Virus record (IMG/VR): IMGVR_UViG_3300023270_000001
Location: 4,140-68,139 of that record
Source of the DNA: a virus
Length of the DNA: 64,000 bases
Reading direction: 5' to 3' (one strand)
Part shown: positions 25,460 through 35,728 of the stretch, piece after piece
Numbering within the stretch: the first letter of the stretch is position 1
Layout of the letters: each line of letters begins with the position of its first letter
Translations under genes and position numbers: made by a program
The notes under the pieces: generated by a model
Seen by the model: only the letters and a program-made list of their open reading frames with translations
What the model was told of the DNA's origin: nothing
Databases searched by the model: none

Positions 25460-27120
25460 TGAAGGAAGTCGCCGCGCTCGACATGACCGAGGACGACCTC
25501 AAGGGCGACGACGCGCCTCCGGAGGCGAAGCGCGCCAAGGGGAAGGCCGTGGCGGCGCCAGCGGCGGTCGCGCCCGAGCGGCTATCCCCGGTCATGCAGG
25601 CCATCAAGACCGAGGACGAGAAGTCACTCCATGACTGGCTCGGCGAGATCGGCAAGGGCGGCGCCATGCGCATCGTCGTTCGCCGAGAGAGTCCCCGGGA
25701 AGCCCGTGACCCGGTGACCGGACAGATGGTGTCCATCGAGGGATATCTCCATACGTACGAGGAGCGTTTCGACGAGGAATTTCTCCGCAACGAGCACGGC
25801 GGTGGCAAGTACAACCTCCGCATCATGCTGCCCAACGCCAAGGGGTCGTTCGAGTACAAGGCCCACCGGACGATGAAGATCGCCGGTGAGCCACGGATCC
25901 CCGGCAAGACGGGCATCGCAGTTCCAGGGGCCGCCTCGCACAGCGAATCGCCGCAGATGGCGAAGATCGCGATGGATACGATGAAGGAGTTGCTCGACCG
26001 CAAGGACGGCAAGGACGACCACGAGCCCCGCGGCATCGATCCGAGCGTTCAGATGATGTTCGAGCAGATGCAGGAGACCGTGCGCGCGCGCGAGCGCGAG
26101 GTCGCCGACATGCGCCGCGAGTTGTCGGAGATGCGCCACACGAAGCCACCGGAGAACCCGGTGCTGGACCGCATCCTCACCAACGCCATCGACGGCAACA
26201 ACGGCCAGGTGCTCGCGCTGCGCACGCAGCACGAATCCGAGGTTCGCCAACTCAAGGAGGCGGCGCACGCGGACATGGCGCGCGCCGAGGATCGCCACGA
26301 TCGCGCGAGGGAGGCAGCGGAGCGCGCGCACGAGCGCGAGATGATGAACACCAAGCAGAGTTACGAGCGCGAGATCACCGCGCTGCGCCAGTCGCACGAG
26401 GTGGCGATCGCCTCGATGAAGGCGACCAACGACGTTCAGGTCAGCGTGCTCAACGCGGACGTGCGGCGCCTCGAGCGCGACAACGCCGAGCTCCGCATCG
26501 AGGTGAAGGAACTCCGCGAGAAGAAGGAGAAGCCGCTCCTCGAGCAGATCAAGGACATCAAGAACCTCAAGGACGTCATCGCGGGCGACGAGGAGCAGGA
26601 GGACGCCTCGACGATCGGCAAGATCTTCGGTGCGCTCACGCCGGAGAACATCGGGGCGGTCACCTCGGTGTTCAAGGGTGCGGCGCCCGCTCCGGCCGCT
26701 CCGCAGCAAGCGCAGGCACAAGCGCCCGCGCGCCCGCGCATCGTGGTCGACGCCCAGGGGCAGCGGTACAAGTCGGACGGCACAACGCTCCGGCCGGTCA
26801 CCCGGAAGCCCAAGCTCGTGCCGGGCGCGAACGGCGAGGCCATCGAGATCCCCGTGGTCGACCCAGCCGATCTCAAGCGGCTCATCTCGTACCTGGAGAG
26901 TTCGTTCGGCGCTGGCGCGGACCCGGAGATCGTGGCGCAGAGCGGGCGCTCGGCCATCCCGGCCGACATTCTGGCATGGCTGCGCAAGCATCACTCGCCC
27001 GAGATGGCCGGTATTGACCTCTTCATGCAGAAGGTGGCACAGTTGCCGGGTGAATCGCCCCTCTCATCGCAGTCAGGCAAGAACTGGCTGCGCAAGGTCG
27101 GGGCCGCCCTCATCGAGTAA
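25456..27120 (+). CDS. Large coiled-coil protein (scaffold-like?)
   Basis: Long heptad-rich E/R/K segment; strong codon bias. Confidence 0.7.
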   Translation: MMKEVAALDMTEDDLKGDDAPPEAKRAKGKAVAAPAAVAPERLSPVMQAIKTEDEKSLHDWLGEIGKGGAMRIVVRRESPREARDPVTGQMVSIEGYLHTYEERFDEEFLRNEHGGGKYNLRIMLPNAKGSFEYKAHRTMKIAGEPRIPGKTGIAVPGAASHSESPQMAKIAMDTMKELLDRKDGKDDHEPRGIDPSVQMMFEQMQETVRAREREVADMRRELSEMRHTKPPENPVLDRILTNAIDGNNGQVLALRTQHESEVRQLKEAAHADMARAEDRHDRAREAAERAHEREMMNTKQSYEREITALRQSHEVAIASMKATNDVQVSVLNADVRRLERDNAELRIEVKELREKKEKPLLEQIKDIKNLKDVIAGDEEQEDASTIGKIFGALTPENIGAVTSVFKGAAPAPAAPQQAQAQAPARPRIVVDAQGQRYKSDGTTLRPVTRKPKLVPGANGEAIEIPVVDPADLKRLISYLESSFGAGADPEIVAQSGRSAIPADILAWLRKHHSPEMAGIDLFMQKVAQLPGESPLSSQSGKNWLRKVGAALIE

Positions 27121-27212
27121 CCTGAGCCCAGCCAGCTTCCGTTGGAACACGCTACGTGTGCCACTGGGACCGATCAACTGCCAGCCCTCATCTTCCCGGG
27201 TGAACGCTGTGC

Positions 27213-27830
27213 TTGCCCACCAACCCGAATAGCGCCCGCCTCGCCCCGCTCGTCCCCCAGTCGGGGATGGGCTATGGGGGGGCGCGTCTATTCTGGCTCC
27301 CGGACCAGGCGCCGACGTCGCGCATCGGGTACGCGGGCGCGCCGCAGACCATCGACGTCATGCGGCGCGCCGTGCTGGGCGACGCGGACCACTTCGAGAC
27401 GCGGCAACTCGCCGAGATCGTCTGCGAGTGGCTCGACAGCAAGGACTACACGTCCGAGTACCTGGCGCTGTACCAGTTCCTGCTGCAGCGCACGCGGTAC
27501 ATGCGCGACCCGCGTCGCACCGAGCTCGTGCGCGCCCCACACCTGATCAGCAAGCAGATCATGGCCGGTCACCGGCCGTCGCTCGATTGCGACGACATGG
27601 CGTGCTGGCTGGCAGCTGCGGTAATCGCGGTCGGTGGTCGCGCCGACTTCGCGACCGTCGCGTTTCAGCGGATGTTCTTCCAGGGGCAGCCGCAGTATTC
27701 CCACGTGTTCACGCGCGCCCTCGAGCCGCGAACCGGCACGCACATCGTGCTCGACCCCGTGGCGGCAGAGAAGACCCCGCAGATGCTCTCTCGCGTCAAG
27801 GCCGGGGCGACCTGGCCGGTGGCGGCCTAA
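27213..27830 (+). CDS. Transglutaminase-fold Cys-His-Asp enzyme, candidate maturation protease
   Basis: LDCDDMA (Cys), YSHVF (His), VLDP (Asp); alternative start ATG 27267. Confidence 0.75.
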   Translation: MPTNPNSARLAPLVPQSGMGYGGARLFWLPDQAPTSRIGYAGAPQTIDVMRRAVLGDADHFETRQLAEIVCEWLDSKDYTSEYLALYQFLLQRTRYMRDPRRTELVRAPHLISKQIMAGHRPSLDCDDMACWLAAAVIAVGGRADFATVAFQRMFFQGQPQYSHVFTRALEPRTGTHIVLDPVAAEKTPQMLSRVKAGATWPVAA

Positions 27831-27841
27831 AGGACAACGAA

Positions 27842-29557
27842 ATGGCATACAACCTACCACCACCATGGTCCTCGGGGTACGCGATCCCGGACAACGTCGA
27901 CGACGAGGGCCTCGAGCGTCGAGCCTTTATCACCAAGCAGATGCCGCGCGGCACCTACGATGACCCGCGCGTCGGAAACGGCGGTTTCGCCGTGCCGCAG
28001 TACATCGACGATGAAGGGTACGGGCAGGGCACGTTCACCACGAAGTGGCAGCCGTCCGGATCGTACTCCGGTCCCAAGGTCCCGGTGTGGCTGAACCAGC
28101 GCCCGAAGCTCGTCGCGGCTCGCCCGCTGCCGGGCGGCGGCCGTCAGGTCACGGTGCAGCCGCTGAGCGGCGACGAGCCGCTGCCGCCCGCGGTGGAGAG
28201 TTACGGTGCCAAGGCGGCCCAGGCAATCCTGGCGCAGGTCTCTACGCTGCCGCGCGCGCAGCAGGAGACCGCGCTCCGCGGGATCATGGGCCGCATCGAC
28301 AAGTCGCTGTACGACCGGACGCAGGACATCTTCCGACGCTACCTCGCGCAGGGCGTATCCCCCGCGGACGCCTTGCCACTGGCAATCGCGCGCGCGATGG
28401 CCGCTGGCGTGACGGCAGAGATCGTCACCAAGGGCGCTCGGCGCGTCGCACCCCAGGCTAACTCGTCCCTGGGCCTGGGGTGCTACATGCGTTCACCAGG
28501 GGCGATGGGCGACACGGCAGCACCGGCCAAGCCGGCCCTCAACTGCCTGCCGCCCGCGGGGTACAACTGGGTCGATGACGGGAAGGGCGGCTATCTCGTA
28601 CGTGTGCGCGCGGGCGTGGCCCCGAATCCGATGCCATGCAAGGCCGATGGGACACCGTGGACCGTCACCAGCAGTACCGGCGCGCCGGGCGGCATCTCGA
28701 CGGGGGCGTTGCCGCCGGGCACGTTCTCGATCGGTGGAATCAACTTCCAGAGCCCGACCGAGAGCGCAGGATCCGCGCAGCCACTGCGAACCAGGAAGCC
28801 CGATTTCATGGCCCGTGACCTTCGCACGCTCACGGCGGAGCAGGTGAAGTTCATCGGGGACATCCTGTTGGACAAGCCGGATTCTCCGCTGAAGGACCTC
28901 GAGTATCGACATACGTTCCGTCCTGAGGAGTTGGCCGTGCTTGCGAGAGCGGGGATATTCCCCGATACCAAGGTGAATTCCCTCGCGAGGAGGAACCTCT
29001 TCGCCCCTGGAACTGCCGTCGCGTACCTCCAGGACCCAAACAATGGGAGCAACCTGCAGTTGCACATGTTGTTCTGGCCTCTCGATCCCGACAAGGACTG
29101 GGCCGCGGACAACCCGCAAACGCTACGCGTGTGGCTGTCCAAGGTCCCCGACGTCAGCACGTGGGGTTCGATCGTCAAGACAGCATTCAAGATTCCAGGG
29201 GTGCTCATCAAGATCGCTGACCCGCTCGGCATTGGGCAGGCAATCTCCCAGAAGGTTGGAAGCGCCATTGCGGACGGCGTTCGCAAGGTCGGCGAGCTCA
29301 CGTGCGATCTCGTGTCGACGCCAGGCGTTGGGGCCGCAGCCGGGGCTGTCGCTGGTGCATATGTGGGAAATCCGGCTGCAGGCGCGGCGGCTGGCAATGC
29401 TGGTGCTGGCGCGGCTGCGCGGGCGTGCAACGGCGCTCCGCCGCCACCGCCGCCGCCCCCAGTCGTAGCTCATAAATCAGTGCTACCGCTGGTGCTGATT
29501 GCTGGCGGCGGCGTGCTAGCAGTGGCCCTCCTGACCAAGAAAAAGAAGAAGTCATGA
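27842..29557 (+). CDS. Large tail-anchored virion membrane protein
   Basis: MAY start; internal AMGD; C-terminal TM plus KKKKKS. Confidence 0.7.
   Translation: MAYNLPPPWSSGYAIPDNVDDEGLERRAFITKQMPRGTYDDPRVGNGGFAVPQYIDDEGYGQGTFTTKWQPSGSYSGPKVPVWLNQRPKLVAARPLPGGGRQVTVQPLSGDEPLPPAVESYGAKAAQAILAQVSTLPRAQQETALRGIMGRIDKSLYDRTQDIFRRYLAQGVSPADALPLAIARAMAAGVTAEIVTKGARRVAPQANSSLGLGCYMRSPGAMGDTAAPAKPALNCLPPAGYNWVDDGKGGYLVRVRAGVAPNPMPCKADGTPWTVTSSTGAPGGISTGALPPGTFSIGGINFQSPTESAGSAQPLRTRKPDFMARDLRTLTAEQVKFIGDILLDKPDSPLKDLEYRHTFRPEELAVLARAGIFPDTKVNSLARRNLFAPGTAVAYLQDPNNGSNLQLHMLFWPLDPDKDWAADNPQTLRVWLSKVPDVSTWGSIVKTAFKIPGVLIKIADPLGIGQAISQKVGSAIADGVRKVGELTCDLVSTPGVGAAAGAVAGAYVGNPAAGAAAGNAGAGAAARACNGAPPPPPPPPVVAHKSVLPLVLIAGGGVLAVALLTKKKKKS
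28373..28385. repeat. Palindrome TTGCCACTGGCAA, copy 6 (coding)
   Basis: Exact match. Confidence 0.9.
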
Positions 29558-30027
29558 GCGAGACATCAATGGAATCGCGCGAGCTCCTGACCGCCATCGG
29601 CGTCGGGAACTTCAACGCCACGGGCATCATCCCGTACATGATGGTCGCTCCGGCCACCACGGACCCCAAGGCCAGCCAGATCATCATCCTCGTCCAGCAG
29701 ATCCAGCGCGCTCTCTGGAAACTGGGGGCGACGGACGTGCTCGTGAGCGGGCGGCTCGACGAGGCGACGGAGCGTGCTCTCGAGCAGGTCGCTGGGCCGA
29801 ACTGGGAGCGGATGTCCTGGGGTGCCAACGTGAAGGCGCTGATCGATGCGGAGCGTAAGGGCTTCCGCATCCAGCCGACCGTGGAGATGGCCTACCAGCC
29901 GATGACGTTCCCGGTTGCGGTCGAGGGGCCGCTCGACTTCCTGCCCGAAGTCCCGGGCGGCATCGTCACCTACGGGATCGGAGCCTACATCCTCTACCGC
30001 ATGCTCTCGAAGCGGAGGTCTCGATGA
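29554..30027 (+). CDS. Tail-anchored protein with PG-binding-like domain
   Basis: IQRALWKLG...VSGRLDEATERAL; TM plus KRRSR. Confidence 0.65.
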   Translation: MSETSMESRELLTAIGVGNFNATGIIPYMMVAPATTDPKASQIIILVQQIQRALWKLGATDVLVSGRLDEATERALEQVAGPNWERMSWGANVKALIDAERKGFRIQPTVEMAYQPMTFPVAVEGPLDFLPEVPGGIVTYGIGAYILYRMLSKRRSR

Positions 30028-30656
30028 CGTACCTCGCACATCGCTCCGCGGTCGGCGACGACAACGGCGGCCTCGCGGACCTGCTCAAGGCCCTAGGGCC
30101 GTTCTCGGCCGTCGAACCGGACCCGTCGGATAACGTGAACCAGACCGCCAACGGCGGCTCGACCACGTCGGCCGCGGACTTCGTGACGGTGAACGGCGTG
30201 TGCAAGCCGATGAACTTCCCCGCCCTCAAGGTGGTTCAGGAGTTCCAGCGGCAACTCAACCGTGTTGCCCAGGCCAAGGGGTTCGGCAAGATCGTCGTGG
30301 ACGGTTCGGTCGGCCCGGCGACGCTGGCGCTGTTTCGCCGCGTGCAGGCTGCGTCCGCCGGCTCGGTGATGGGTGACCCGTCGACCTGCATGGGCGTCGC
30401 GCCCGACGTCGATGTTCTGGCGGCCCAGGTGCGGGCGATGGCCGACGCGCTGAGCGTGCCGGCGACGGTCTCGGGGCCGCTCGCGGTCTCGGTGCCCACC
30501 ATCCAGACCAAGAGCGGCAAGACGATCGTGGCGCCGGACGCGGGCGTCATGGCGTCGCTGGCCGCGCTCTCCGGTATCGAAAAGCTCGCGCTGCTCGGTG
30601 TGGCCGGTGGCATCGGCTACCTGCTCATGAACAAGCGCAAGCGAGGGAGGAAGTAA
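30024..30656 (+). CDS. Tail-anchored protein with PG-binding-like domain
   Basis: MTY...AVGD leader; FQRQLN...VVDGSVGPAT; TM plus KRKRGRK. Confidence 0.7.
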   Translation: MTYLAHRSAVGDDNGGLADLLKALGPFSAVEPDPSDNVNQTANGGSTTSAADFVTVNGVCKPMNFPALKVVQEFQRQLNRVAQAKGFGKIVVDGSVGPATLALFRRVQAASAGSVMGDPSTCMGVAPDVDVLAAQVRAMADALSVPATVSGPLAVSVPTIQTKSGKTIVAPDAGVMASLAALSGIEKLALLGVAGGIGYLLMNKRKRGRK

Positions 30657-30944
30657 ATGCGGTACCGACGATACAAGACGCGCGGGGGCGGCATCGTGGT
30701 CGCGCCGGTCGGGATCAACGGCCTCGGCGCCGACGCGGCACCCGAGCCATTTAGCTTGCGCCGCGCCGTGACCAGCGAGCCGGTCAAGACGGCCTCCGCG
30801 ATCGCGCTCACCTACCACGGGTACCGCCGGACGGGTTCGATCATCTGGGCGCTCATCTACGGGCTCGCTGGGCGCCTCGTGCCAGTGGCCGCAGTGCCGA
30901 TCTCCATCGCGCAGGGCTTCGGCCAGAAGAAGGGTTGCCCATGA
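30657..30944 (+). CDS. Small membrane protein
   Basis: MRY...GLGA leader; hydrophobic segments. Confidence 0.65.
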   Translation: MRYRRYKTRGGGIVVAPVGINGLGADAAPEPFSLRRAVTSEPVKTASAIALTYHGYRRTGSIIWALIYGLAGRLVPVAAVPISIAQGFGQKKGCP

Positions 30945-31288
30945 AGTTCGCGTATCAACGTGGTGGTGGCTCCATCATCAACTGGAAAACCGGCATCCCG
31001 CGCCAGACCCGCGCGGCCGATGCGACCGCGCTCGGATGCTGTGGTCTCGGATCGCTCGAGGGGACGTCGCTCGACGGGTCGACGATCTTGCCGGCGCCCG
31101 GTGCTCCAGAGCCGATCGGCGTGACGCGACAGGCGCCAATGGGCGACTGCAGTTGTCACGGGTCGTGTGGATGCAGCGGCGGTGCGCTGTCCGGCATCGT
31201 CGAGTCGGTGCCGGGTGGCATGGCCACGCTGGCCGTGGTCGGTCTTTTCGTCGCCTGGAAGATGTTCGGAAAGAAGCGGCGCCGGTAG
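30941..31288 (+). CDS. Tail-anchored Cys/Gly-rich protein
   Basis: GLGS and PMGD motifs; TM plus KKRRR. Confidence 0.65.
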   Translation: MKFAYQRGGGSIINWKTGIPRQTRAADATALGCCGLGSLEGTSLDGSTILPAPGAPEPIGVTRQAPMGDCSCHGSCGCSGGALSGIVESVPGGMATLAVVGLFVAWKMFGKKRRR

Positions 31289-31292
31289 AACC

Positions 31293-31604
31293 ATGCGGTA
31301 CTCGGTTTACGACTACACGCGGCGCGCCTACGACTACTACGAGGCGCCAGGCCCCGGCGGAACCCACGCCGGGTCGCCATCGAAGGTGGCACCCGAGCCT
31401 GTGGGGCCTGGACTCGATGGCGACTTTGGGGTGTCGCCGTCGCGTGCGTCGTGGAAACTCCCCGTGGGAGCGACGAAGGTGGGCAGCGGAGAACTACCGC
31501 AGGGGCGCGTCGCGAGCCTCGACGGTTCTGACGAAGCCCTGTCGACGAGTTCATTGCTGTTGTACGCGGCGCTCGGATATCTTGCATGGAAGGTCCTGCG
31601 ATGA
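31293..31604 (+). CDS. Tail-anchored small protein
   Basis: MRYSVYDY start; C-terminal TM. Confidence 0.65.
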   Translation: MRYSVYDYTRRAYDYYEAPGPGGTHAGSPSKVAPEPVGPGLDGDFGVSPSRASWKLPVGATKVGSGELPQGRVASLDGSDEALSTSSLLLYAALGYLAWKVLR

Positions 31605-32326
31605 CGTACACCCGACGAGCGCGCTCGCGCCCACGCAAGGCCGCCGGTCTCGGCGACTGGTGGGACGACTTCATGAACAACCTCAACGCCGATCTCGGCT
31701 TGCCGACGACACGGCCCAGCGACGAGGCGCAATGCATCGCGCTTGCGAATGCCACCTTCGCTCCGATGGATGCCAAAGTGAGCGATCTGTCGGCGAACTG
31801 GAATCCGACTGGGTTCTATACGCCCAACGAGATTCGGACGCAGGTCGCCAACGTCATGGATACGGTGAGGACCGTGCAAGTGGCGATCGACCAAGCGCGA
31901 GCGGAGCCAAATGCATCACAGGACAGCATCATGCGCGCGGTCAACGACCTGGCGCGCGTGGGCGAGCGGTCGCTCGGCTATCTGGCTGCGGCCAACGACG
32001 CCGACAGTAATGGCGTCCGCCTCGTTAACGCGCAGGGCCTCAAGCGCTGGGTGGTTGACTCGCTCGCGACGTGCTCGTCTAGCATGGTGACCGCTGCAGT
32101 CGTCGGTTGCATCGCACCATGGTGGACTGGCAGCCTGGCCACCTTCCAGCGCGCGTTCGACAAAGCATGGTCGACGGCGAAGTTGCTGATCGGCGCGGTG
32201 CTGGCGATCGGTGAGACCGCGGTGCTGGTGGCCAACGACCTCCCCGACCTGTACCGAGTCCTGAAGTACACCGCGCTTGTCGTGGGCGGGTACGTGCTGT
32301 GGGAGCGGTATCTCGCCAAGGACTGA
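31601..32326 (+). CDS. Tail-anchored helical protein
   Basis: MTY...GLGD leader; C-terminal TM. Confidence 0.7.
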   Translation: MTYTRRARSRPRKAAGLGDWWDDFMNNLNADLGLPTTRPSDEAQCIALANATFAPMDAKVSDLSANWNPTGFYTPNEIRTQVANVMDTVRTVQVAIDQARAEPNASQDSIMRAVNDLARVGERSLGYLAAANDADSNGVRLVNAQGLKRWVVDSLATCSSSMVTAAVVGCIAPWWTGSLATFQRAFDKAWSTAKLLIGAVLAIGETAVLVANDLPDLYRVLKYTALVVGGYVLWERYLAKD

Positions 32327-32328
32327 CC

Positions 32329-32853
32329 ATGCACGACGACGATGACAACGAAGACCTCGACGCGGCGATCCTCAAGTACGAGGAGTTCCACCGCTACGGT
32401 CACAAGCGCATCATCGTCGGTCGCGGCTTCGAGATGCCGGGGACCATGTACCGAGCTGGCAAAGCGCTGTGGGTGACCTACCGCTCGCCCAAGGTCGACC
32501 CGGAGACGTTGCGCAAGCCCAGGTCCCCGGTCAACTACATCCACGAGCACGACGCGGGCGTGAGCACGTACCTGCCCACGTCGGCGGATGCCGATGGCGG
32601 TCCGGCGGTGGATGTGCCCGCGAAGTTCCGCGACGCCACGGCGCTCACCCGTCTGGGCATCAACCTCGGCTTCTCGTACGAGATGCCGGACGGGTTCAAG
32701 CAGGAGATGCGCGCCACCCGCAAAGGCGGATACCCCGAGCTCTACGCCACGCCGGATGGCAACTGCCTGATCGTGATCGAGGCGCGCACGAAGGTGATCG
32801 CGATGATGTGGGGCGGCGGCCTTGGCGTCTACCCGAGAGGAATCGACGGATGA
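32329..32853 (+). CDS. Hypothetical virion-cluster protein
   Basis: Protein-like composition (YEEFH...YIHEH...GIDG). Confidence 0.65.
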   Translation: MHDDDDNEDLDAAILKYEEFHRYGHKRIIVGRGFEMPGTMYRAGKALWVTYRSPKVDPETLRKPRSPVNYIHEHDAGVSTYLPTSADADGGPAVDVPAKFRDATALTRLGINLGFSYEMPDGFKQEMRATRKGGYPELYATPDGNCLIVIEARTKVIAMMWGGGLGVYPRGIDG

Positions 32854-33368
32854 CCCCGCTGACACCGAACATCGACCCGGCCACCCTGTCCACGCTCGAC
32901 TCCGCGCTGATCGTTGCCGTCACCGCGCTAGCGCTGACAGTCGGCTTCCTGTTCAAGCACTACGCGGGCCGCATGGCGAAGTCGGAGGAGTCGCGCGAGA
33001 AACTCGACGCCGAGCACGCCAAGCAACTCGAGACGCTCTCCACCGCCCACAGTAAGCGGATCTCTGAAGTCGAGGGAGCGCGCCACCAGGCCATCATCGA
33101 TCACGCCAAGGAGCGCGAGGTGTGGGCCGCGGAGCGCGTTCGGCTCGACGGCATCCATGACCGGCTCCGCGCCGAGTATGCCCACCGCGAGGCGGAGAAC
33201 CTCCGCAAACTCTACGAGGACGCCCGCGAGGCGGAGAATATTCAGCGCCGCGAGTACATCCAGAACATGGAGACCGTTGCGAAAACCGCCGCAGATGCCG
33301 ACGAGAAGCTCGGCAACGCACTTCGCAAGATCAGCGATCGCCTAACCGGGCGACGGAAGGATATCTAG
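32850..33368 (+). CDS. N-terminal TM plus coiled-coil protein (holin-like architecture)
   Basis: Hydrophobic N-terminus, charged coiled coil; ATGA overlap. Confidence 0.6.
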   Translation: MTPLTPNIDPATLSTLDSALIVAVTALALTVGFLFKHYAGRMAKSEESREKLDAEHAKQLETLSTAHSKRISEVEGARHQAIIDHAKEREVWAAERVRLDGIHDRLRAEYAHREAENLRKLYEDAREAENIQRREYIQNMETVAKTAADADEKLGNALRKISDRLTGRRKDI

Positions 33369-33623
33369 ATGTCGTTCGTCAGATTTGCTGAGGGCAGCGG
33401 CGGCCAAGAGCTCAGCGCATCCCCCGCGTGCGTTCGCGCCATCGACGCGTACCTGAGCATCGGCCGCGCCGCCGACCAACTATCCAAGGCGCTGGACGGC
33501 CTAACCCAGCCTGGTAGCTATCAAAAGCTGGACGATGAGGACAGCCTCGTGATCGTCTTGCGCGATTTCTTGCCGACCGATGACGGTCACGACAGTGGCA
33601 AGAAAGACGAAATAGGGGGTTGA
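33369..33623 (+). CDS. Hypothetical protein
   Basis: Abuts upstream stop. Confidence 0.55.
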   Translation: MSFVRFAEGSGGQELSASPACVRAIDAYLSIGRAADQLSKALDGLTQPGSYQKLDDEDSLVIVLRDFLPTDDGHDSGKKDEIGG

Positions 33624-33643
33624 CTTAAGTATGCCCACCCTCG

Positions 33644-35026
33644 ATGTCCGATCAGGTGGGCATCCTCTTCGTCAACGGTAAGCGTCGCGGGCTTCGAGTC
33701 CGCGGCAGAGCGGTGATCAAGAACCCAGCTCGCCGGAAGCGCCGGGCGTCCCCGCGGAAATTGTATCGCATGGGGAGGACCTTGTCTCGGTCGGAGCGAA
33801 GGGCGCATGACGCCGGCGTGACAGCGTACGCCAAGTATCAAAAGGCGCGCCGCGCCAAGAAGGTCAAGGGCCGCCGCAGGCGCCAGCCGTCCGCGCTCGC
33901 GCGGTACCGGAAAGCGCGTCGCGCCGGGAAGAGTTCGTCCAGCACGAAGCGTGGCCGTCGAGCCCGCAGGAGCAAAGCTACTATGGCGAAGCGAAAGAAG
34001 TCATCGAAGCGGTCTCGCGCCATGAAGCGGCGCTGGGCGGCTCGCAAGAAGGCCGGCAAGTCCGGCGCGATCGGTCGCACGCGTCGTCGTCGGCGTTCGC
34101 GCAAGGCGAGCGCCCCGAAGCGCCGTCGTCGTCGGCGTTCGCGCAAGGCGAGCGCCCCGAAGCGCCGTCGTCGTCGGCGTTCGCGCAAGGCGAGCGCCCC
34201 GAAGCGCCGTCGTCGTCGGCGCAAGAGCTCGCGCACGCGTCGCAGTTCGCGCATGCACTCGGTGCACTCCGCGCGCACCGTGCGCATGACCTCGAACCCG
34301 GGGCGCCGCCGTCGTCGGCGGCGTCGGCGTGGGTCCGTGCGGCGCCGCCGCCGTGGCGCGCGGCGCATGCGCCGTGGTGGCCACCGCCGCTACCGCCGCA
34401 ACCCGGGCATGTTCGGGGGGCTGATCGACATCGCCAAGAGCGCCATCCCGGTGTTCGCCGCGCTGTACGGCAGCAAGTTCGTCGTGAGCTCGGTCGCGGC
34501 GCGCGCGACGTTCCTCGGCACGGCCGCCGGCCCGGTGCTGTCTGTCGGCGCGATGGCGCTCGCGAACTGGGGCGCCGGTAAGGTCGCGTTCCTGGCGAAG
34601 CACAAGAACGCCATCCTGCTGGGCACCGGCCTGGGCGCGCTCGAGTCGATCATCCGCACGTTCGCTCCGGCGAGCGTCAAGGGCATGATCGGCCTGTCCG
34701 ACTACGTCCAGATGGGCGACTACATCGCGGTCGGCGCGACGCCCATCAATGACAGCATGACGCTGTCCGACTACATCGCGGTCGGCGATGGCGTCGAGGA
34801 GGAACTCGGCCTCGAGGAGGAACTCGGCGTCGAGGAGGAGCTCGGCGGAACGATGGGCGGCCTCATGGGGGGCGGCGGCAACCTGCTCGCGCCGGTTCCG
34901 ACGCAGTCGTTCCTGGCGCCCGTGCCGGCGAGGTCGTTCACCAAGCAGATCCCGGCCGCCGGTACGAGCTACGACAACCCGGGCCAACTCTACAACGGCA
35001 TCTTCGCCGGCAAGTTCGGCGGCTGA
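33644..35026 (+). CDS. Protamine-like Arg-rich core protein with membrane segment and acidic tail
   Basis: About 250 aa of R/K/S with three NP motifs, hydrophobic middle, EEELG repeats; directly upstream of the capsid genes. Confidence 0.7.
   Translation: MSDQVGILFVNGKRRGLRVRGRAVIKNPARRKRRASPRKLYRMGRTLSRSERRAHDAGVTAYAKYQKARRAKKVKGRRRRQPSALARYRKARRAGKSSSSTKRGRRARRSKATMAKRKKSSKRSRAMKRRWAARKKAGKSGAIGRTRRRRRSRKASAPKRRRRRRSRKASAPKRRRRRRSRKASAPKRRRRRRKSSRTRRSSRMHSVHSARTVRMTSNPGRRRRRRRRRGSVRRRRRGARRMRRGGHRRYRRNPGMFGGLIDIAKSAIPVFAALYGSKFVVSSVAARATFLGTAAGPVLSVGAMALANWGAGKVAFLAKHKNAILLGTGLGALESIIRTFAPASVKGMIGLSDYVQMGDYIAVGATPINDSMTLSDYIAVGDGVEEELGLEEELGVEEELGGTMGGLMGGGGNLLAPVPTQSFLAPVPARSFTKQIPAAGTSYDNPGQLYNGIFAGKFGG
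34082..34221 (+). repeat. Perfect 42-bp tandem repeat, about 3.3 copies (encodes RRRRRSRKASAPKR)
   Basis: Units start at 34082, 34124, 34166, partial at 34208. Confidence 0.9.
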
Positions 35027-35152
35027 TCGCCTGACCCGCGGTTCATCCGCGGACACGACATCTGAGATGCGGCGGGCGACCCCCGCCTGGTGATCGCCGG
35101 AGATTCTTCCGGCCCATCACCGAACCAAACGTACATCAGCAAGGACAAACAG

Positions 35153-35728
35153 ATGCCTCGTCTCCATGGATACCGCGAGCGGCTCCACCAGCCCCTCTGG
35201 GACACCCTCATCCGCACCACGGGTGACCCCACCACGCCGATCGTCAACAGCACGAAGCTGTTCGGCAACGCGAACATCGGCAACCTCGCGCTGACCAACC
35301 TCCAGACCGCCGGCCAGTTGGCGTCGGATCAGACGTACGTGATCCTGGCGATCCGGTGCTTCGAGTATTTCGACGGCACCAACCGCCGCGACAACTACCT
35401 GAACGTCACCAGCCAGTTGTTCTGGACCCTGACCGTCGGCACCAAGCCGATGTTCCAGGCGCCGTGCTGGTACTTCCCGGCCGGTGGTGGCGTGTGGGGC
35501 TTCGACTCTTCGCAGTCGGTGTTCTCGAACGGCACGCCCGAGCAGGCGTCGATCCTGAAGCTGGCCCGCCCGATCATCGTGCCCGTTCGCCAGAACTTCG
35601 CCGCCCAGGCGGACTTCTTCGCGATCGGCACGACCTCGGCGCTCGACCAGCTCAACAGCGGCGCGACCGACGACGTGAAGAACATCATGTTCATGCTCGA
35701 CGGTCTCCAGACCCGCGACGTCCAGTAG
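35153..35728 (+). CDS. Candidate single jelly-roll major capsid protein 1
   Basis: 191 aa beta-rich, very strong codon bias, TNLQTAGQL...FWTLTVGTKP...YFPAGGG...NGTP...IIVPVRQNF pattern; paralog at 7108. Confidence 0.65.
   Translation: MPRLHGYRERLHQPLWDTLIRTTGDPTTPIVNSTKLFGNANIGNLALTNLQTAGQLASDQTYVILAIRCFEYFDGTNRRDNYLNVTSQLFWTLTVGTKPMFQAPCWYFPAGGGVWGFDSSQSVFSNGTPEQASILKLARPIIVPVRQNFAAQADFFAIGTTSALDQLNSGATDDVKNIMFMLDGLQTRDVQ

Noticed and set aside
25624-26994. Long antisense ORFs opposite real genes (also 34001-35056, 40982-42295, 43943-46645, 46018-47655)
   Set aside because: Shadow ORFs expected from strong GC3 codon bias; no RBS or motifs, and the sense strand has coherent proteins
27155-27170. 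Partial palindrome GTGCCACTGGGAC and other half-sites (16547, 33593, 59727)
   Set aside because: Too degenerate to count above background
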